A stretch of DNA of 64,000 nt, taken from contig OZ024748.1 of assembly GCA_964016885.1 (NCBI GenBank), forward strand, positions 19,096,001 through 19,160,000, written 5' to 3'. The position numbers and the translations under genes were made by a program. Position 1 is the stretch's first letter, and every line of letters begins with the position of its first letter. Below the pieces are notes generated by a model. The model did not search any database, was not told the DNA's origin, and saw nothing but the letters and a program-made list of their open reading frames with translations. The stretch is from Eledone cirrhosa (lineage: Eukaryota). This document shows, piece by piece, positions 43,162 through 58,901 of the stretch.

Positions 43162-43345
43162 AACGAGTAGGACTCCAACGGCTGAGCTCAAGCCGTTTCG
43201 ACGGCTAATTCTCAGAATTAGCCGTCGAAACGGTTTGAGCTCAGCCGTCGGGGTCCTACTCGTTCCTATTACCCACTCTACTACCCTAAGTATTGAGTAC
43301 TTTGGTGCGTTATGGTCCACATGGTTCCTTACCACATTTCCTTCG

Positions 43346-43348
<3 letters not shown>
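43158..43348 (+). mobile_element. Family A copy
   Basis: Hairpin plus conserved tail between two long (TA)n tracts. Confidence 0.85.
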
Positions 43349-43438
<90 letters not shown>

Positions 43439-44028
43439 CATATACATACATATATATACATATATCATATATATATATATATATATATATACAGATAATT
43501 ATAGACAAACATATACAGACACACACACATGTCAGAGAGACACACATATATATTGAGATCGAGTGAGACACACCCATATTCACAATGAGATAGATAGATA
43601 GATAGAGAGAAACATTGAATGATTGAGAGAGAGAAGGAGATAGATAGATAGAAAGAGAGAGAGAGAGAGAGAGAGATAGATAGATAGAGAGAGAGAGAGA
43701 GAAGCCGTCAAAATGCAGCCAGGATGACCCAGATGTTGAAGTCAGTCTCTGTAATACTTCTTTATCTATTGACCTACAAAACGACTATAACTGCTGCTGC
43801 ATCATACACACACATAGTGATACACACACACATACACATACACACACATACACACACACACACAGACATAGTGAGATACACACACACACACACATACACA
43901 CACACATACACACATACACACACATACACACACACACACGCACACACATAGTGACACACACACACACACACGCACACACACACATACACACACACACACA
44001 CACACACGCACTCACACACATACACACG

Positions 44029-44061
<33 letters not shown>

Positions 44062-44212
44062 GCATATATACACACACATATATATATACACACACTCACA
44101 TATATATGTATACAAAACACAAAACGACTATAACTGCTGCTGCATCATACACAGACATAGTGACACACACACACACACACACGCATATATATATACACAC
44201 ACACGCATATAT

Positions 44213-44243
<31 letters not shown>

Positions 44244-44527
44244 CACACACTCACATATATATGTATTTATTAAGGCTAAATAGTGAGTCTTGTAACTCTG
44301 GAGTGTTCACCTGTTCACTCACATGGTCGTCAGACAAGAACATATATACATATATATACATATATATATATATTTCCGTGGAGGAGGCGCGTGGCTTAGT
44401 GGTTAGAGCATTAGGCTTGCAATGGAAGTACTCTCAGTCGCTTCACGCCATGAAACCGGGATAAGCCCCGGCCAAATGAGTCTTCTGGCTGAAGACAGAC
44501 TTTAGACTTTTTTTAGATATATATTTC

Positions 44528-44633
<106 letters not shown>

Positions 44634-44732
44634 AATATAAAGATTTACATATACATAAAGTCATAGATATATGTGTGGCAACCGGTCACGTTGTGGCTCA
44701 ATGAAGAATTAATAAATTAAATAATCAGAGCA

Positions 44733-44857
44733 ATATATCATAAATCATGTCTTATAGCCTGGTCTAATTGATTTTTTATATGGTTAATTATGCTAATTGG
44801 GAGAGGAAATGGTATATATTTTATCTAATAATTCTAAGGACATGATTTATGATATAT
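44733..44857. mobile_element. Short TA-associated element with terminal inverted repeats; second copy at 2756-2862 in the opposite orientation
   Basis: atatatcataaatcatgtc ... gacatgatttatgatatat; the body is the reverse complement of 2761-2862. Confidence 0.65.
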
Positions 44858-45236
44858 ATATATATATATATATATATGTAGAAAGAGCATATATGTCCTA
44901 GAAACGATCGTTAAATAATGAACTTTTTTTGTTTAATATAAGGAACTGTTTCATTGTTTTATTCATTATTTTTTTAATACTATATATATATATATATATA
45001 TACGTATATGGGGAAAGATAGAATAAGATCGAGTAGAGAAAGAGAGAGATTGAAAGAGAGGGAGAGAGCGAGGGGAGAGAGAAAAGGAGAGGGAGAGAGA
45101 GGGTGATATATATATATAGAGAGAGAGTGAGAGTGAGAATGAGTGGCTATTATATATCATATAGACATTGTATAATTGCTGTATAAAATATATAATCATT
45201 TCTATATTTCTATATTTCTCTTTGATCTTGCTCAAT

Positions 45237-45284
<48 letters not shown>

Positions 45285-45304
45285 GCACACACACACACAC
45301 ACCA

Positions 45305-45409
<105 letters not shown>

Positions 45410-46297
45410 TATATTAATGTGTGAGTATGTGTATACTATTTTGAGTTGTCAGTTGACCTGATAGAATTAGTAGCCAAATATCGCTAAAAATATTAGACAT
45501 ATCTGAGCTGTCTTAAATATAGAAGGACACATTGGAAAATTTAATCAGTTATATGAAAGCAGAGGCTGTGGCCATATGACTATAGTTATAACCAATGAGG
45601 GTTGTGATGGAACTCGACAAAACCGTCATCACCACAGAAATAGCACAAAAAAAAAAGCAACAAATATAGAAATGCAAATGTACATCAGACACGTACAAAA
45701 TGTATACAGTGCAGATATGTGCATAAACATGCATGTATTTGTTTACAGAGTAGATTTCATGTAAATATTGATAACGATTCTCTTGGGTAAGTCCTAAACA
45801 TTTGTGTAAACACGCGTCTATATAAGGTGACGTACATGCATAGACACACATAAACATACACATACACGCACTTGTACATATACACACACATAAACATACA
45901 CATACACACAAGGACACACTTGTACATAGACACATACATAAACAAACATATACATCAAAGACACACTTGTACATAGAAACACATATAAACAGACACATAC
46001 ACAAAATGATACACACTTGTACATAGACACATTCATAAACAAATACATACACACAAAGACACACTTGTATATAGACACATACACACACACACACACAAAC
46101 AAATACAAACACACAATCACGCATGCACATGGACAGAGAAAGACACACGCACATATACAGAGAAAGACACACATATAGATAGACGGACAAATACATATAT
46201 ATATATATATATACATTCATACACATGGCTTAGCATTTATACAGGAGAATTTCCAGAGTGATAGCACACTGACTCGAAAACTATTTATAGTTACAAT

Positions 46298-46608
46298 TGT
46301 GGATTGGCAGTATCGGTAGAGGTCGGACGCCATGCTTTGACGCATAGAGTTACGGCCCTTGCCATTCTGAGTTCAAATCCCGCCGAGGTTAACTTTGCCT
46401 TACGGGGTCGATAAAATAAAATACCAGTAAATGAACTGGAATAATTGCTGGCCTTGTGCCAAAAGAAGAAACAATTATTATTATTGCTATCTGAGTTCAA
46501 ATCCCGCCGAGGTTGACTTTGCCTTTCATCCTTACGGGGTCGATAAATAAAGTACCAGTAATGCACTGGGTAATTTGCTGGCCTTGTGCCTAACGTAGAA
46601 ACAATTAT
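46298..46608 (+). mobile_element. SINE family B, full copy plus truncated tandem copy
   Basis: A and B boxes, body and (ATT)n tail. Confidence 0.85.
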
Positions 46609-46889
46609 TGCTACTAGTAACAAAATGTATGTATGTATGGATATCAAGTACTTCTGTAAAAACTCTCCGTTCCCTCCTTCAATTTCTATGTCCACCCTAT
46701 CTCTCACCCTCTCTCTCTCTCTACACACACACACTTGTATCTCTCTCTCTACACACACACCCACACACACACTAGTAGCTCTTTTTCTCTCTCACTCTCT
46801 CTCTCTCTCTCTATCTCTCTCTCCCTCTCTCTCTCTCTCACTATCTCTACCTATCTGAAAGAGATCTATCTATTTATCTATCTATCTAC

Positions 46890-46995
46890 CGGCCGTTCGG
46901 ATCTAGCTCAGCCGTCGGGGTCCTGAATCTTTACTTATTACCCACTTTACTACTATCCCAAGTATTGAGTACTCTGGTGGGTTATGGTCTAGGTG
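46890..46995 (+). mobile_element. Family A partial copy (diverged subfamily)
   Basis: ggatctagctcagccgtcggggtcc...ccaagtattgagtactctggtgggttatggtc matches the family tail. Confidence 0.6.
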
Positions 46996-47097
46996 TTTTT
47001 TTTTTTTACCACACTTTATCTGATATATATATACATACATACATATATATATATAGGAGGAGGTTATAGTTCACTTGAAGCATTGTGTAATGAGGTA

Positions 47098-47310
47098 TAA
47101 ACGTTTGTATATGTATAATAAAGCCAAAACAATGCTGGTTTAACCGCTTTACTTCCCTCCGAAGAAGAGATATTATCTCAAAAATTAAGGACATTTAAAT
47201 AAATCTAAGGTAAAAGACTAATTGTCAACAATATCTTTTGCATTTGCATTCTTTATTCTATGTCCATACCTGCATTGTTTTGGCTTTAATTATACATATA
47301 CACACGTTTA
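47098..47310. mobile_element. Inverted-repeat element (arms about 43 bp) with a degenerate hammerhead-like motif in the spacer
   Basis: taaacgtttgtatatgtataataaagccaaaacaatgc / gcattgttttggctttaattatacatatacacacgttta; CCGAAGA-a-gagat att atctc-AAAA at 47159-47183. Confidence 0.45.
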
Positions 47311-47401
47311 TATATAAACCAAACAGTGAGTGTGTTCTGTTATTAATTCTGGCAATATTACGCAAATATGATCCTCCCCAAGTATAACAATATATATATA
47401 T

Positions 47402-47494
<93 letters not shown>

Positions 47495-47875
47495 GTTCCT
47501 GCTTCACACATATGACACAAACGCACACATTTTTCTTCGTCCATTTTCACATTGTTGGGTTCTTTAAGGGGAGTTCAGTTTATTGCAAACATTGGGGTCA
47601 TGAATCAGCTTGCGGGTGAGTTCCTTCCTGCCTACCAGACAGGTTAGCCTTGAACTTGGCCACGAGCAGTGCTTCCTTTCAGTGATAAACACACACATAC
47701 ACACACACACACATATATATATATACATACACACACACACATGTTTATATATATATATATATAGATACACACGCACACTCACACACACACACATATATAT
47801 ATATATAGATACACACGCACACACACACACACACACATATATATTATATACACACACACACACACACATATTATG

Positions 47876-47906
<31 letters not shown>

Positions 47907-47961
47907 GTGTGTGTTTACATACATACACATATATATATATAAACACACACACACACATATA

Positions 47962-47992
<31 letters not shown>

Positions 47993-48224
47993 TATATAAT
48001 ATTAAACAAGTTTAGTTAGTAAAAGATATATGGATATCAATAAATGTATACACACAAAATATCTATACATTCGTATTTAGAAACTATATATATATATTTA
48101 TAAACATCTTTGTGCCTAGCAGTCGTCCGAACACGCCTAGATTAGCGGCCATATTAGATATACATCCGTATTGGTGAAACAGGACATGTAATAACATGCT
48201 CAATAGCTTTACACATTGCAAAGA

Positions 48225-48255
<31 letters not shown>

Positions 48256-48441
48256 TGTATGTATGTATGTATGTATGTATGTATGTATGTATGTATGTAT
48301 GTATGGTTTGTATGTATGTATGCATGCTTCCATGTATAATATGTAAGTATGTATGTCTCTTCCCCTCTCTCTCTCTCTCTCTCTCTTTCTCTCCCTTTCT
48401 CCCCCTCTCTCTCTTTCTCACCCCTTCTCGCTCTCTCTCTG

Positions 48442-48521
<80 letters not shown>

Positions 48522-48653
48522 CTATATATATATATATATATATAGTCAATATATCGATAATATTGATTATATCATGGCTCATTTCACCATTTGAATCGTT
48601 CGTTTAACAATAGAATAATTAATCATTGAATCCCGTCTTTTTTGTTTTGCTTG

Positions 48654-48704
<51 letters not shown>

Positions 48705-48764
48705 TATACACATATACACACATATATATGAAAGGAGCATAAAGGAAAAAGCAAGTTAAACAGA

Positions 48765-48795
<31 letters not shown>

Positions 48796-48797
<2 letters not shown>

Positions 48798-48858
48798 GGA
48801 AAAGTTGAAGACCCCGACGGCAGAGCTCAAGCCGTTTCGACGGCTATTTCTGGACTAA
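48796..48858. mobile_element. Family A fragment (one hairpin arm)
   Basis: gaccccgacggcagagctcaagccgtttcgacggctatttctggact directly after (TA)n. Confidence 0.65.
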
Positions 48859-49037
48859 AGTAGCATTTTTAGCGTGGTAATAAATAGCCGAACTTTTCAA
48901 GGGGTAATTCCTTATATGAGAAGGTTGTAGTTGTCAAAAGGATTGGTCAAAATTCTTGTAAACACAATTAAATCCTTCACACACACACACACACACGCGC
49001 ACACACACACACACACGCGCACACACACACACACACA

Positions 49038-49152
<115 letters not shown>

Positions 49153-49170
49153 CTATATGTATATATATAT

Positions 49171-49339
49171 AACGAAGGAAAGGAAATGTGGTAAGGAACC
49201 AGGTGGACCATAACGCACCAAAGTACTCAATACTTAGGGTAGTAGAGTCGGGTAATAGGAACAAGTAAGACTCCGACGGCTGAGCTCAAGCCAGAATTAG
49301 CCGTCGAAACGGCTTGAGCTCAGCCGTCGGGGTCTTACT

Positions 49340-49342
<3 letters not shown>
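49171..49342 (-). mobile_element. Family A copy
   Basis: Reverse-oriented tail plus hairpin, flanked by TA repeats. Confidence 0.85.
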
Positions 49343-49381
<39 letters not shown>

Positions 49382-49394
49382 CATATATATATAT

Positions 49395-49488
<94 letters not shown>

Positions 49489-49832
49489 GCGTGTATATGA
49501 ATATATATAAGCTGATTAGACACATTTTAAAACTCCTTTACCCTTACGCGTGTCTCGGCCGAAATGCTGAGACCATGCTGTAGCATTTCCATATTTTTCA
49601 ATTCATAATCTAGCTTGGTTTAAATTGCCCTAAGGAAATTTAAGTGCCTGAGAATTACAATAATGAACCCCAATAATAAATATCAATAAAGTAATGGTTT
49701 CTAATTTATGTACAAGGGGTGGAGGTGGGGTGGGGGTGGAAGGGAAATTGATTATATCGATTCCAGTATTACTTGATTGGTACTTTATTTTATCGATCTC
49801 GGAAGGATGTAAAGCAGAATTGATTTCCTTGG

Positions 49833-50032
49833 NNNNNNNNNNNNNNNNNNNNNNNNNNNNNNNNNNNNNNNNNNNNNNNNNNNNNNNNNNNNNNNNNNNN
49901 NNNNNNNNNNNNNNNNNNNNNNNNNNNNNNNNNNNNNNNNNNNNNNNNNNNNNNNNNNNNNNNNNNNNNNNNNNNNNNNNNNNNNNNNNNNNNNNNNNNN
50001 NNNNNNNNNNNNNNNNNNNNNNNNNNNNNNNN
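49833..50032. other. Assembly gap (200 N)
   Basis: Run of N; an identical 35-mer lies on both flanks. Confidence 0.99.
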
Positions 50033-50127
50033 CTCGGAAGGATGTAAAGCAGAATTGATTTCCTTGGGATTTGTAATTATAAAAAACAACAACTTCAACA
50101 ACACAAATGACAAAAGAACAACAACGG

Positions 50128-50178
<51 letters not shown>

Positions 50179-50614
50179 CCAACAACGGAAACAACTCCTC
50201 CAGATCTCCGAATAAACTCAACTAGGCAGCTTTACGCATAACGACTCATCTCTACATCCAAGCAATTTGGCAAATGGACAGCCAAAGCGACTATACAGAC
50301 CAATCATCCTAACAACCAAGCATCCAAGCAACTAATAAGCCAGGAAGCAACCAGAGCAACCAGGGCAACCAGGCAACCAAGCCAGAAGCAACCAGGCAAC
50401 CAGGCAACCAGGCAACCAGGCAGCCAGGCAGCCAGGCAGCCAGACAGCCAGGGCGCCCAGCAGTTAGATAGCCAGGCAACTAAAACCCACAAGCCATACT
50501 AACACGGCATTGGATCTAATGAAGATTTATCGAACATTAACATCTGGACAGCGAGACACGTGCTCACTAACTAGCAGTAACGTGACATTATTCTTTCTTA
50601 TGATTGGCTGAACC

Positions 50615-50645
<31 letters not shown>

Positions 50646-50667
50646 CTTCTTGCTATAATTATTATTA

Positions 50668-50853
50668 GGATTGACAGTATCGTAGAGGGTCGGGCGCCAT
50701 GCTTTGAAGCATGGAGTTAACCTCCCTTTATGATATGAGTTCAAATCCCGCCGAGGTAACTTTGCCTTTCATCCTTACGGGGTCGATAAATAAAGTACCA
50801 GTAATGCACTGGGATAATTGCTGGCCTTGTGCCAAAAGTAGAAACAATTATTA
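50668..50853 (+). mobile_element. SINE family B
   Basis: B box and body match. Confidence 0.8.
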
Positions 50854-50889
50854 GGCTCTGAATCGTTTATGATTTGGGCGCAATCAACT

Positions 50890-52180
50890 ACCGCCCCCAC
50901 TACTGCCACCACATCAACACCACACCACCACCACATCAACACCACACCGCCACGACATTAACACCACACTGCCACTACACCAATCGAACTACTGCCACCA
51001 CACTGCCATCATACAGAATACACACCAACCCCACACCGCCATCACACTGCGACCACATCGAAACCGCTCAACACTACACCACTACTAAACCAACACCACA
51101 CTGTCACCACCACAACAACACCCAACAAACTGTCCATCACCACAACACTACCACATCCACCACACTGTCACCACCACAACACTACAACACCCACCACACT
51201 GTCACCACCACAACACTACAACACCCACCCACACTGTCACAACCACAACACTACCACATCCACCACAACACTACAACACCCACCACACTGTCACCACCAC
51301 ACACTACCACACCCACCAGACTGTCACCACCACAACACTACAACACCCACCACACTGTCACCCACCACAACACTACAACACCCACCACACTGTCACCACC
51401 ACAACACTACCACACCCACCACACTTGTCACCACCACAACACTACCACACCCACCACACTGTCACCACCACAACACTACCACACCCACCACACTGTCCTT
51501 CACCACAACACTACCACCGCCACCACACTGTCACCACCACAACACTACCACACCCACCACACTGGCACACCCTACACTACCTACACCCACCACACTGTCA
51601 TCACCACAACACTACCACCGCCACCACACTGTCACCACCACAACACTACCACACCCACCACACTGTCACCACCACAACACTACCACACCACCACACCTGT
51701 CACCACCACAACACTACCACACTGTCACCACCACAACACTACCACCGCCCACCACATTGTCACCACCACAACACTACCACACCCACCACACTGTCACCAC
51801 CACAACACTACAACACCCACCACACTGTCACCACCACAACACTACAACATCCAACACACTGTCACCACCACAACACTACCACCGCCACCACACTGTCACC
51901 ACCACAACACTACCACCACCCACCACCACTGTCACCACGACAACCACTACCACACCCACCACACTGTCACCACCACAACACTACCACCGCCACCACACTG
52001 TCACCACCACAACACTACCACCGTCACCACACTGTCACCACCGCAACACTACCACCGCCACCACACTGTCACCACCACAACACTACCACCGCCACCCACA
52101 CTGTCACCACCGCAACACTACAACACCCACCACACTGTCACCACCACAACACTACCACCGCCACCACTACGCCAACACTA
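50890..52180. repeat. Minisatellite of about 33 bp (caccacactgtcaccaccacaacactaccacac)
   Basis: Direct periodicity. Confidence 0.9.
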
Positions 52181-52249
52181 CACTACGAACCGACCTCTAC
52201 CCACCACACCAACTAATACCACACACTTTGATTTACGACAACCAGAGCG

Positions 52250-52380
52250 ACAACAGTAACACCAACAACAACATCAATAACAACAACAACAATAATAATA
52301 GTAACAATAACAACAACAATAACAATAATAGTAACAATAACAACAACAATAACAACGAAACAATACCAATCTAATCATGA

Positions 52381-52415
<35 letters not shown>

Positions 52416-53401
52416 CAACAACAACAACAAACAACAACTTCAACAATAACAACAATAACAAAACAACAACAACACCTAAAATGAAAAAAATAATTTGCAA
52501 TGACACTAGTACACAAACAACAACAATTGAACCACTAGTTACTACAACAACATCAATAATAATAACAATCATAACAACAACAATAAAAACAACATCATCA
52601 AAATATCATCTATAACAATAAAACAACAAAAACAGCAACAACAACAGCAAAACAATAACAACTTCAACAGGCAACAACAACAGCAAAACAATAACAACGT
52701 CAACAGTAACAACAACAGCAAAACAATAACAACTTCAACAGCAACAACAACAGCAAAACAATAACAACTTCAACAGCAACAACAACAGCAAAACAATAAC
52801 AACTTCAACAGTAACAACAACAGCAAAACAATAACAACTTCAACAGTAACAACAACAGCAAAACAATAACAACTTCAACAGTAACAACAACAGCAAAAAA
52901 AACAACAACAATAACAACAGCAATAAAAACTAACAACAACAACAAAAATTTCAATAGCAACAATAACAACAACAACACTAGCAATAACAAATACAACAAC
53001 AGCAACAGTAACAACCAATACAAAAACAACATTAACAACAACAACTACAATAACAACGAGTACAAAATCAACAATAGCAACAACGTCAACAACAATAACA
53101 ATAACAACAACAGTAACAACAACAGCAGCAACAACGTCAACAATAGCAACAACAACAAAAAAACATCAATAACAACAGCAATTACTACAACAACGACGAC
53201 AACAGCAATAACAACAATAACAACAATAACACCAACAATAATCGCAACAACAACAACAATAACAACAACAACAACAGCTGCAACAATGTCAACAATAGCA
53301 ACGACGACAAAAACATCAGTGACAACAACAAGAACAATAACAACTACAACAACAACAACAATAACAACAATAACAACAATAATAACAACAATAACAACAA
53401 C
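52250..53401. repeat. (AAC)n-derived low-complexity and minisatellite tract
   Basis: Direct. Confidence 0.9.
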
Positions 53402-53789
53402 TGAACTGATTTCATGTTATTTTCTAAAATATCACTGGAAAAAAAAAATTTGATCATTCTTCAAAATGTTTTAATGTTCTTTTTAAGTCATTAATAAAAT
53501 AATAAAATTATATAAAAAAAAAAAATATATATATATAACACACACACAAAACAAAATTTGAAATGTTGAATGAATAAATATAAAATATATGAATATAAAT
53601 CTATATATTTTTAATCGATATTATCATTTTTACCATTATTAAAAATACTTTTATAATCCTTAACTTCATTTTCCATGTTTTATTTGTGTTTCGTTTTACT
53701 TTTGCGTTTCGTTTCATTTGTGCAATTTCACCTTTTGTTTTCACTTTGTTTTGTTTTTCAGTTTCCTTTCGTTTTATTATTCCTTTATT

Positions 53790-54428
53790 AGTTTCTTCTT
53801 TCTTTTACTGGTTTCAGTCATTAGATTGTGGTCATGCTGGAGCACCACATTGAAGAGATCTTGTCGAACATGTCAACTCTCAGTACTCATGGTTGTCCTG
53901 TCTGGTACTTTATTTTATCTCCTTTGATTGCCGGGAAACGGCTGGTAAGGACTCAAGAAAATATTGGCAACACATCTGGCATTTCAGTGGGTCTTGGCAG
54001 GGGCCATCACCTCCCATCCTCCTTATACATCCAATCACTCACTAAGTTTAGCCTTGCCAGCAGAAAGCAGATGCTAGGGTATGGCGGAAAAGCATCTTGA
54101 GCAAGATTCAGATGGTAGTTTCTTCTTTCTTTTACTGGTTTCAGTCATTAGATTGTGGTCATGCTGGAGCACCACATTGAAGAGATCTTGTCGAACATGT
54201 CAACTCTCAGTACTCATGGTTGTCCTGTCTGGTACTTTATTTTATCTCCTTTGATTGCCGGGAAACGGCTGGTAAGGACTCAAGAAAATATTGGCAACGC
54301 ATCTGGCATTTCAGTGGGTCTTGGCAGAGGCCATCACCTCCCATCCTCCTTATACATCCAATCACTCACTAAGTTTAGCCTTGCCAGCAGAAAGCAGATG
54401 CTAGGGTATGGCGGAAAAAGCATCTTGA
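53790..54428. repeat. 327-bp near-identical tandem duplication beginning with a SINE-like segment
   Basis: Identical ORF starts at 53828 and 54155. The head tttactggtttcagtcattagattgtggtcatgctggagca is also seen diverged at about 17790. Confidence 0.9.
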
Positions 54429-54827
54429 GGCCAGAAGTAAGATTCAGATGGGAACCAGTATACCCCCTGCCCACTATTAAGGACGCCGCCCGCCGCCGGA
54501 CATCAAGGTATTCCATTTATTGGAACACTTGGATAAGGCATGATCATCACGACCTCACATTTTCTTTTCACCTAAAATACGCACCCTTTGTATCTAACGA
54601 AACATATGTATGCATGTATGGTCCCATAACTCCTGATAGAGTCGTAGGGGTACCGTAATGACATACGGCGTTTTATCGCCATTTTAAAACATGGCGGAGC
54701 CCATCCCTCTCCAGGCCTCACTACAGCAGATTTCTTTCAGAAAAATGAGAGAGAGGAAATGAGAAAGATATAGAGGAAGATTCGAAAGATATAGAGAAAG
54801 ATTCTCCCAGAGAGAGGAAAAACTGAC

Positions 54828-54966
54828 ACCAGTACTAGACTGGTACTATTTTATCGACCTCGAGTGGATGAAAGGCAAAGATAACCTCGGCGGGATTTGA
54901 GCTCAGAGAGCAGAGAGCCGAAACGAATACCTTAAAGCATTCTATCCGACGTTCTAACGACTCTGC
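54828..54966 (-). mobile_element. SINE family B-related copy whose head seeds a minisatellite
   Basis: ggtactattttatcgacctcgagtggatgaaaggcaaag...cggcgggatttgagctcag. Confidence 0.75.
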
Positions 54967-55275
54967 CATTCTATCCGACATTCTAACGACTCTGCCATTC
55001 TATCTGACGTTCTAGCGTCTCTGCCATTTTATCCGACGTTCTAACGACTCTGCCATTCTACCCGACGTTCTAACGACTTTACCATTCTAGTCGACGTTCT
55101 AACGACTCTGCCATTCTATCCGACGTTCTAACGACTTTACCATTCTAGTCGACGTTCTAACGACTCTGCCATTCTACCCGACGTTCTAACGACTCTGCCA
55201 TTCTATCCGACGTTCTAGCGTCTCTGCCATTCTATCCGACGTTCTAACGACTCTGCCATTCTATCTGACGTTCTA
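54938..55275. repeat. 29-bp minisatellite (about 11.5 copies)
   Basis: Unit cattctatccgacgttctaacgactctgc. Confidence 0.95.
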
Positions 55276-55311
55276 GTAAACCGCAAACTACGGACACACA
55301 CACACACACAC

Positions 55312-55374
<63 letters not shown>

Positions 55375-55806
55375 AAAGCCTCAAATCTTTAATAATTGCA
55401 ACTAAAAATCAAATCTGTAAACTGTAAATAATATCCGAATTGACAACAAAGCACAAGATTAATCAATTATAAATGGGTTTGCATAGAATTGAGTAAATTT
55501 TACCCCAGAGTATTACTGGTACGTATCTTATCAACTCAGAAGCGGTGCAAAGCAATGCAGGCACAGTTAAAGTACTGACAGCAACAACAACAACAGCAAC
55601 AACAGAGCCAATGATAACAGCAAGAACATTTACGGTGAGTGAGGTTATGTAATCAAACAAATTAACATTTTTTTTTCATTCTTCAACATTTAAGGTCTTG
55701 AGTTTCATTTAAGAATTCACCATCATCATCATCATCATCATATTCAGAGTTATCATTATCACGGTTTCCCCTTTTTCCTCCTCCTAATAAATAAATAAAT
55801 AAATGA

Positions 55807-55883
<77 letters not shown>

Positions 55884-56274
55884 GATAGAAGAGGAGGGGG
55901 ATAGAAGGGGAGGGAGAGAGACGGGGAGGGTGAGAAACATTCTTACCCGATTTTTTTTTTTAGAGAAAGGCCTCAAATTTCATATAGCTTAAGGCCTCAG
56001 TTGAAAGTCCGACCCTCTATACTGTACTCTTCCATATAAATTACTTAGAATATTTTCTACTTGTGCTGAATACACATTGAGGAAATGAATCTGGCCCACT
56101 TTAGGTAAATTAACCACTGCACTGCACTGCATGTCCCTCGCAGCTGCACTCGATTATGTAGCGAGGGTAACCAGTAAAGTAACACTACTGAATAATATTG
56201 ATGATGATGATGAAGAGGAGGTGGAGAAGGAGGTGGAGGGAGAGGAGAGGAGAGGAGAGGAGAAGGTTAATTAC

Positions 56275-56537
56275 AATAATAATTGTTTCTACTTTAGGCA
56301 CAAGGCCAGCAATTACGCAGTGCATTACTGGTACTTTATTTTATCGACCCCGTAAGGATGAAAGACAAAGTTAACCTCGGCGGGATTTGAACTCAGACTG
56401 TAAAGGGACGTAACTATGCTAGAAAGCATGGCGTCCAACCCTCTACCGATACTGCCAATTCACCGCCCTTAATTACAATAATAATTGTTTCTACTTTAGG
56501 CACAAGACCAGCAATTACCCAGTGCATTACTGGTACA
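56275..56537 (-). mobile_element. SINE family B plus partial tandem duplicate
   Basis: Full unit followed by a repeat of ttaattacaataataattgtttctactttaggcacaag. Confidence 0.85.
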
Positions 56538-56645
56538 ATAATAATGAATATTAATAATACTCAATATATCATTGTAGACTCGTTATTGTGAATAATGAAA
56601 CTAACACACAGGCAGTTGTTATATATATATAGATATATATAAATT

Positions 56646-56676
<31 letters not shown>

Positions 56677-57256
56677 GTATACATACATACATATGTGTAT
56701 ATATATATACACACACACACACACACATATATATACTATATATATATATATGTCGAGAGCTTTTCATTCGGAATGTGGAGCGGAATTGAATTCCTTTATT
56801 CACACTTTGAATTTACTCGCCAAAAACCGGGGGTTACTTCCCTTGTTGGAAATAACACGTGACAGTGAAACACCGGGGGCTACAAACGATAGCATCTTGA
56901 GGCATAGAACGAAATTTCCTGTTGATGACGTGAATCCTCAGTTCGATCATAGAATACCACAGGCCTACATATTACGTAAGCTGGATGGATGATTTAATAT
57001 TCATAGAAACCTATCGAACATATTGCAAAATATCGTTCGATATGTCCAGGTCAGTTGCCTAATCTGATTAGTTTCTTCGTTGTTTTTGGTATTGTGTCGC
57101 TAGGTCTGCATGCCGCAATTTTCAATTTGTTAAGCTGTCTAAACGTATGTTATTACTCTAAGGCCCGACCTTATTGAGTGGTTTGCTACTCATTCCTTAT
57201 TGTAGGTCGACTTTGCTTGGCCACAGCGAAAGCTTCGATTTTACTAAGCTTCCACT

Positions 57257-57418
<162 letters not shown>

Positions 57419-57545
57419 CTCTAGTCCTGTAGAATCTCATCTATATTAAAACTTTTATACTCCGCTATGTATTGAGTACCTTACTTACTGTGGTTACCTC
57501 CGATTCAACCCGGAATAACGTACATATATATATATATATATATAT

Positions 57546-57750
57546 AACGAAGGAGTTGTGGTAAGGAACCAGATGGACCATAACGCAGTAGAGTACTCAA
57601 TACTCAGGGGGTAGTAGAGTCGGTAATAGGAAAAAGTATGACCCCAACGGCAGAGCTCAACCGTTTCGACGGCCATTTCCGGAGTGAAATAGACGTCCAG
57701 AAATAGCCGTCGAAACGGGTTGAGCTCTGCCGACGGGGTCATACTTTTTC

Positions 57751-57752
<2 letters not shown>
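57546..57752 (-). mobile_element. Family A copy (diverged)
   Basis: Reverse-oriented tail plus hairpin, flanked by TA repeats. Confidence 0.8.
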
Positions 57753-57787
<35 letters not shown>

Positions 57788-57978
57788 TTCATATATATAT
57801 ATTTATATTTATTTACACAATAAACAACACACACACACACTCTTACACACATGCACACTCTGTCTCACACACACACACACACACGATAACATTTGTGTGT
57901 GTTTTACGTCGGAGACGTTTTTGGGGGGTCAGTTTGTGTGTTTATATATATGTGGGTATGTGTGTATCTAGGTGAGCT

Positions 57979-58042
<64 letters not shown>

Positions 58043-58131
58043 TGTGTGTGTATGTGTGTATGCCCGTGTCCCTGTATGCATCTGTCCCTGTGTGTTTATA
58101 TATATGTTGGTATGTGTGTATCTAGGTGAGG

Positions 58132-58181
<50 letters not shown>

Positions 58182-58184
58182 GTA

Positions 58185-58217
<33 letters not shown>

Positions 58218-58412
58218 GTATGTCCCTGTGTAGTTATAAATATAATTAGAATTTGGAAATAGGACCCAGCCGAAGAAATGTCGTTGAATGGGAGAGAGGA
58301 ATCCTGAATAAAAAAAACAAACAAAAACAACCGAGGAAATGGAAACTATAAGAGAGACACGATAAAGAGAGTCAAGTATATATATGGACATATATATATA
58401 TACATATATGTA

Positions 58413-58444
<32 letters not shown>

Positions 58445-58526
58445 TATAAATCTCTATATATATATATATATATATATATACAGTTGTATATATATGTACA
58501 TATATATATATATACATTTGTTTATG

Positions 58527-58581
<55 letters not shown>

Positions 58582-58644
58582 GTATATATATATATATATA
58601 TATACAGTTGTATATATATGTACATATATATATATACATTTGTT

Positions 58645-58691
<47 letters not shown>

Positions 58692-58705
58692 ATATATATA
58701 TATAC

Positions 58706-58810
<105 letters not shown>

Positions 58811-58849
58811 AATATATATATAAATATAAACATATATGTATATAATATG

Positions 58850-58901
<52 letters not shown>

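Noticed and set aside
50874-52374. Long His/Thr/Pro-rich ORFs
   Set aside because: Open in all three frames because the C/A-rich minisatellite lacks stop codons; no other coding evidence.
53828-54658. Duplicated ORFs MVMLEHHIEE...
   Set aside because: They arise from a 327-bp tandem duplication starting in SINE-like sequence; no recognisable domain.
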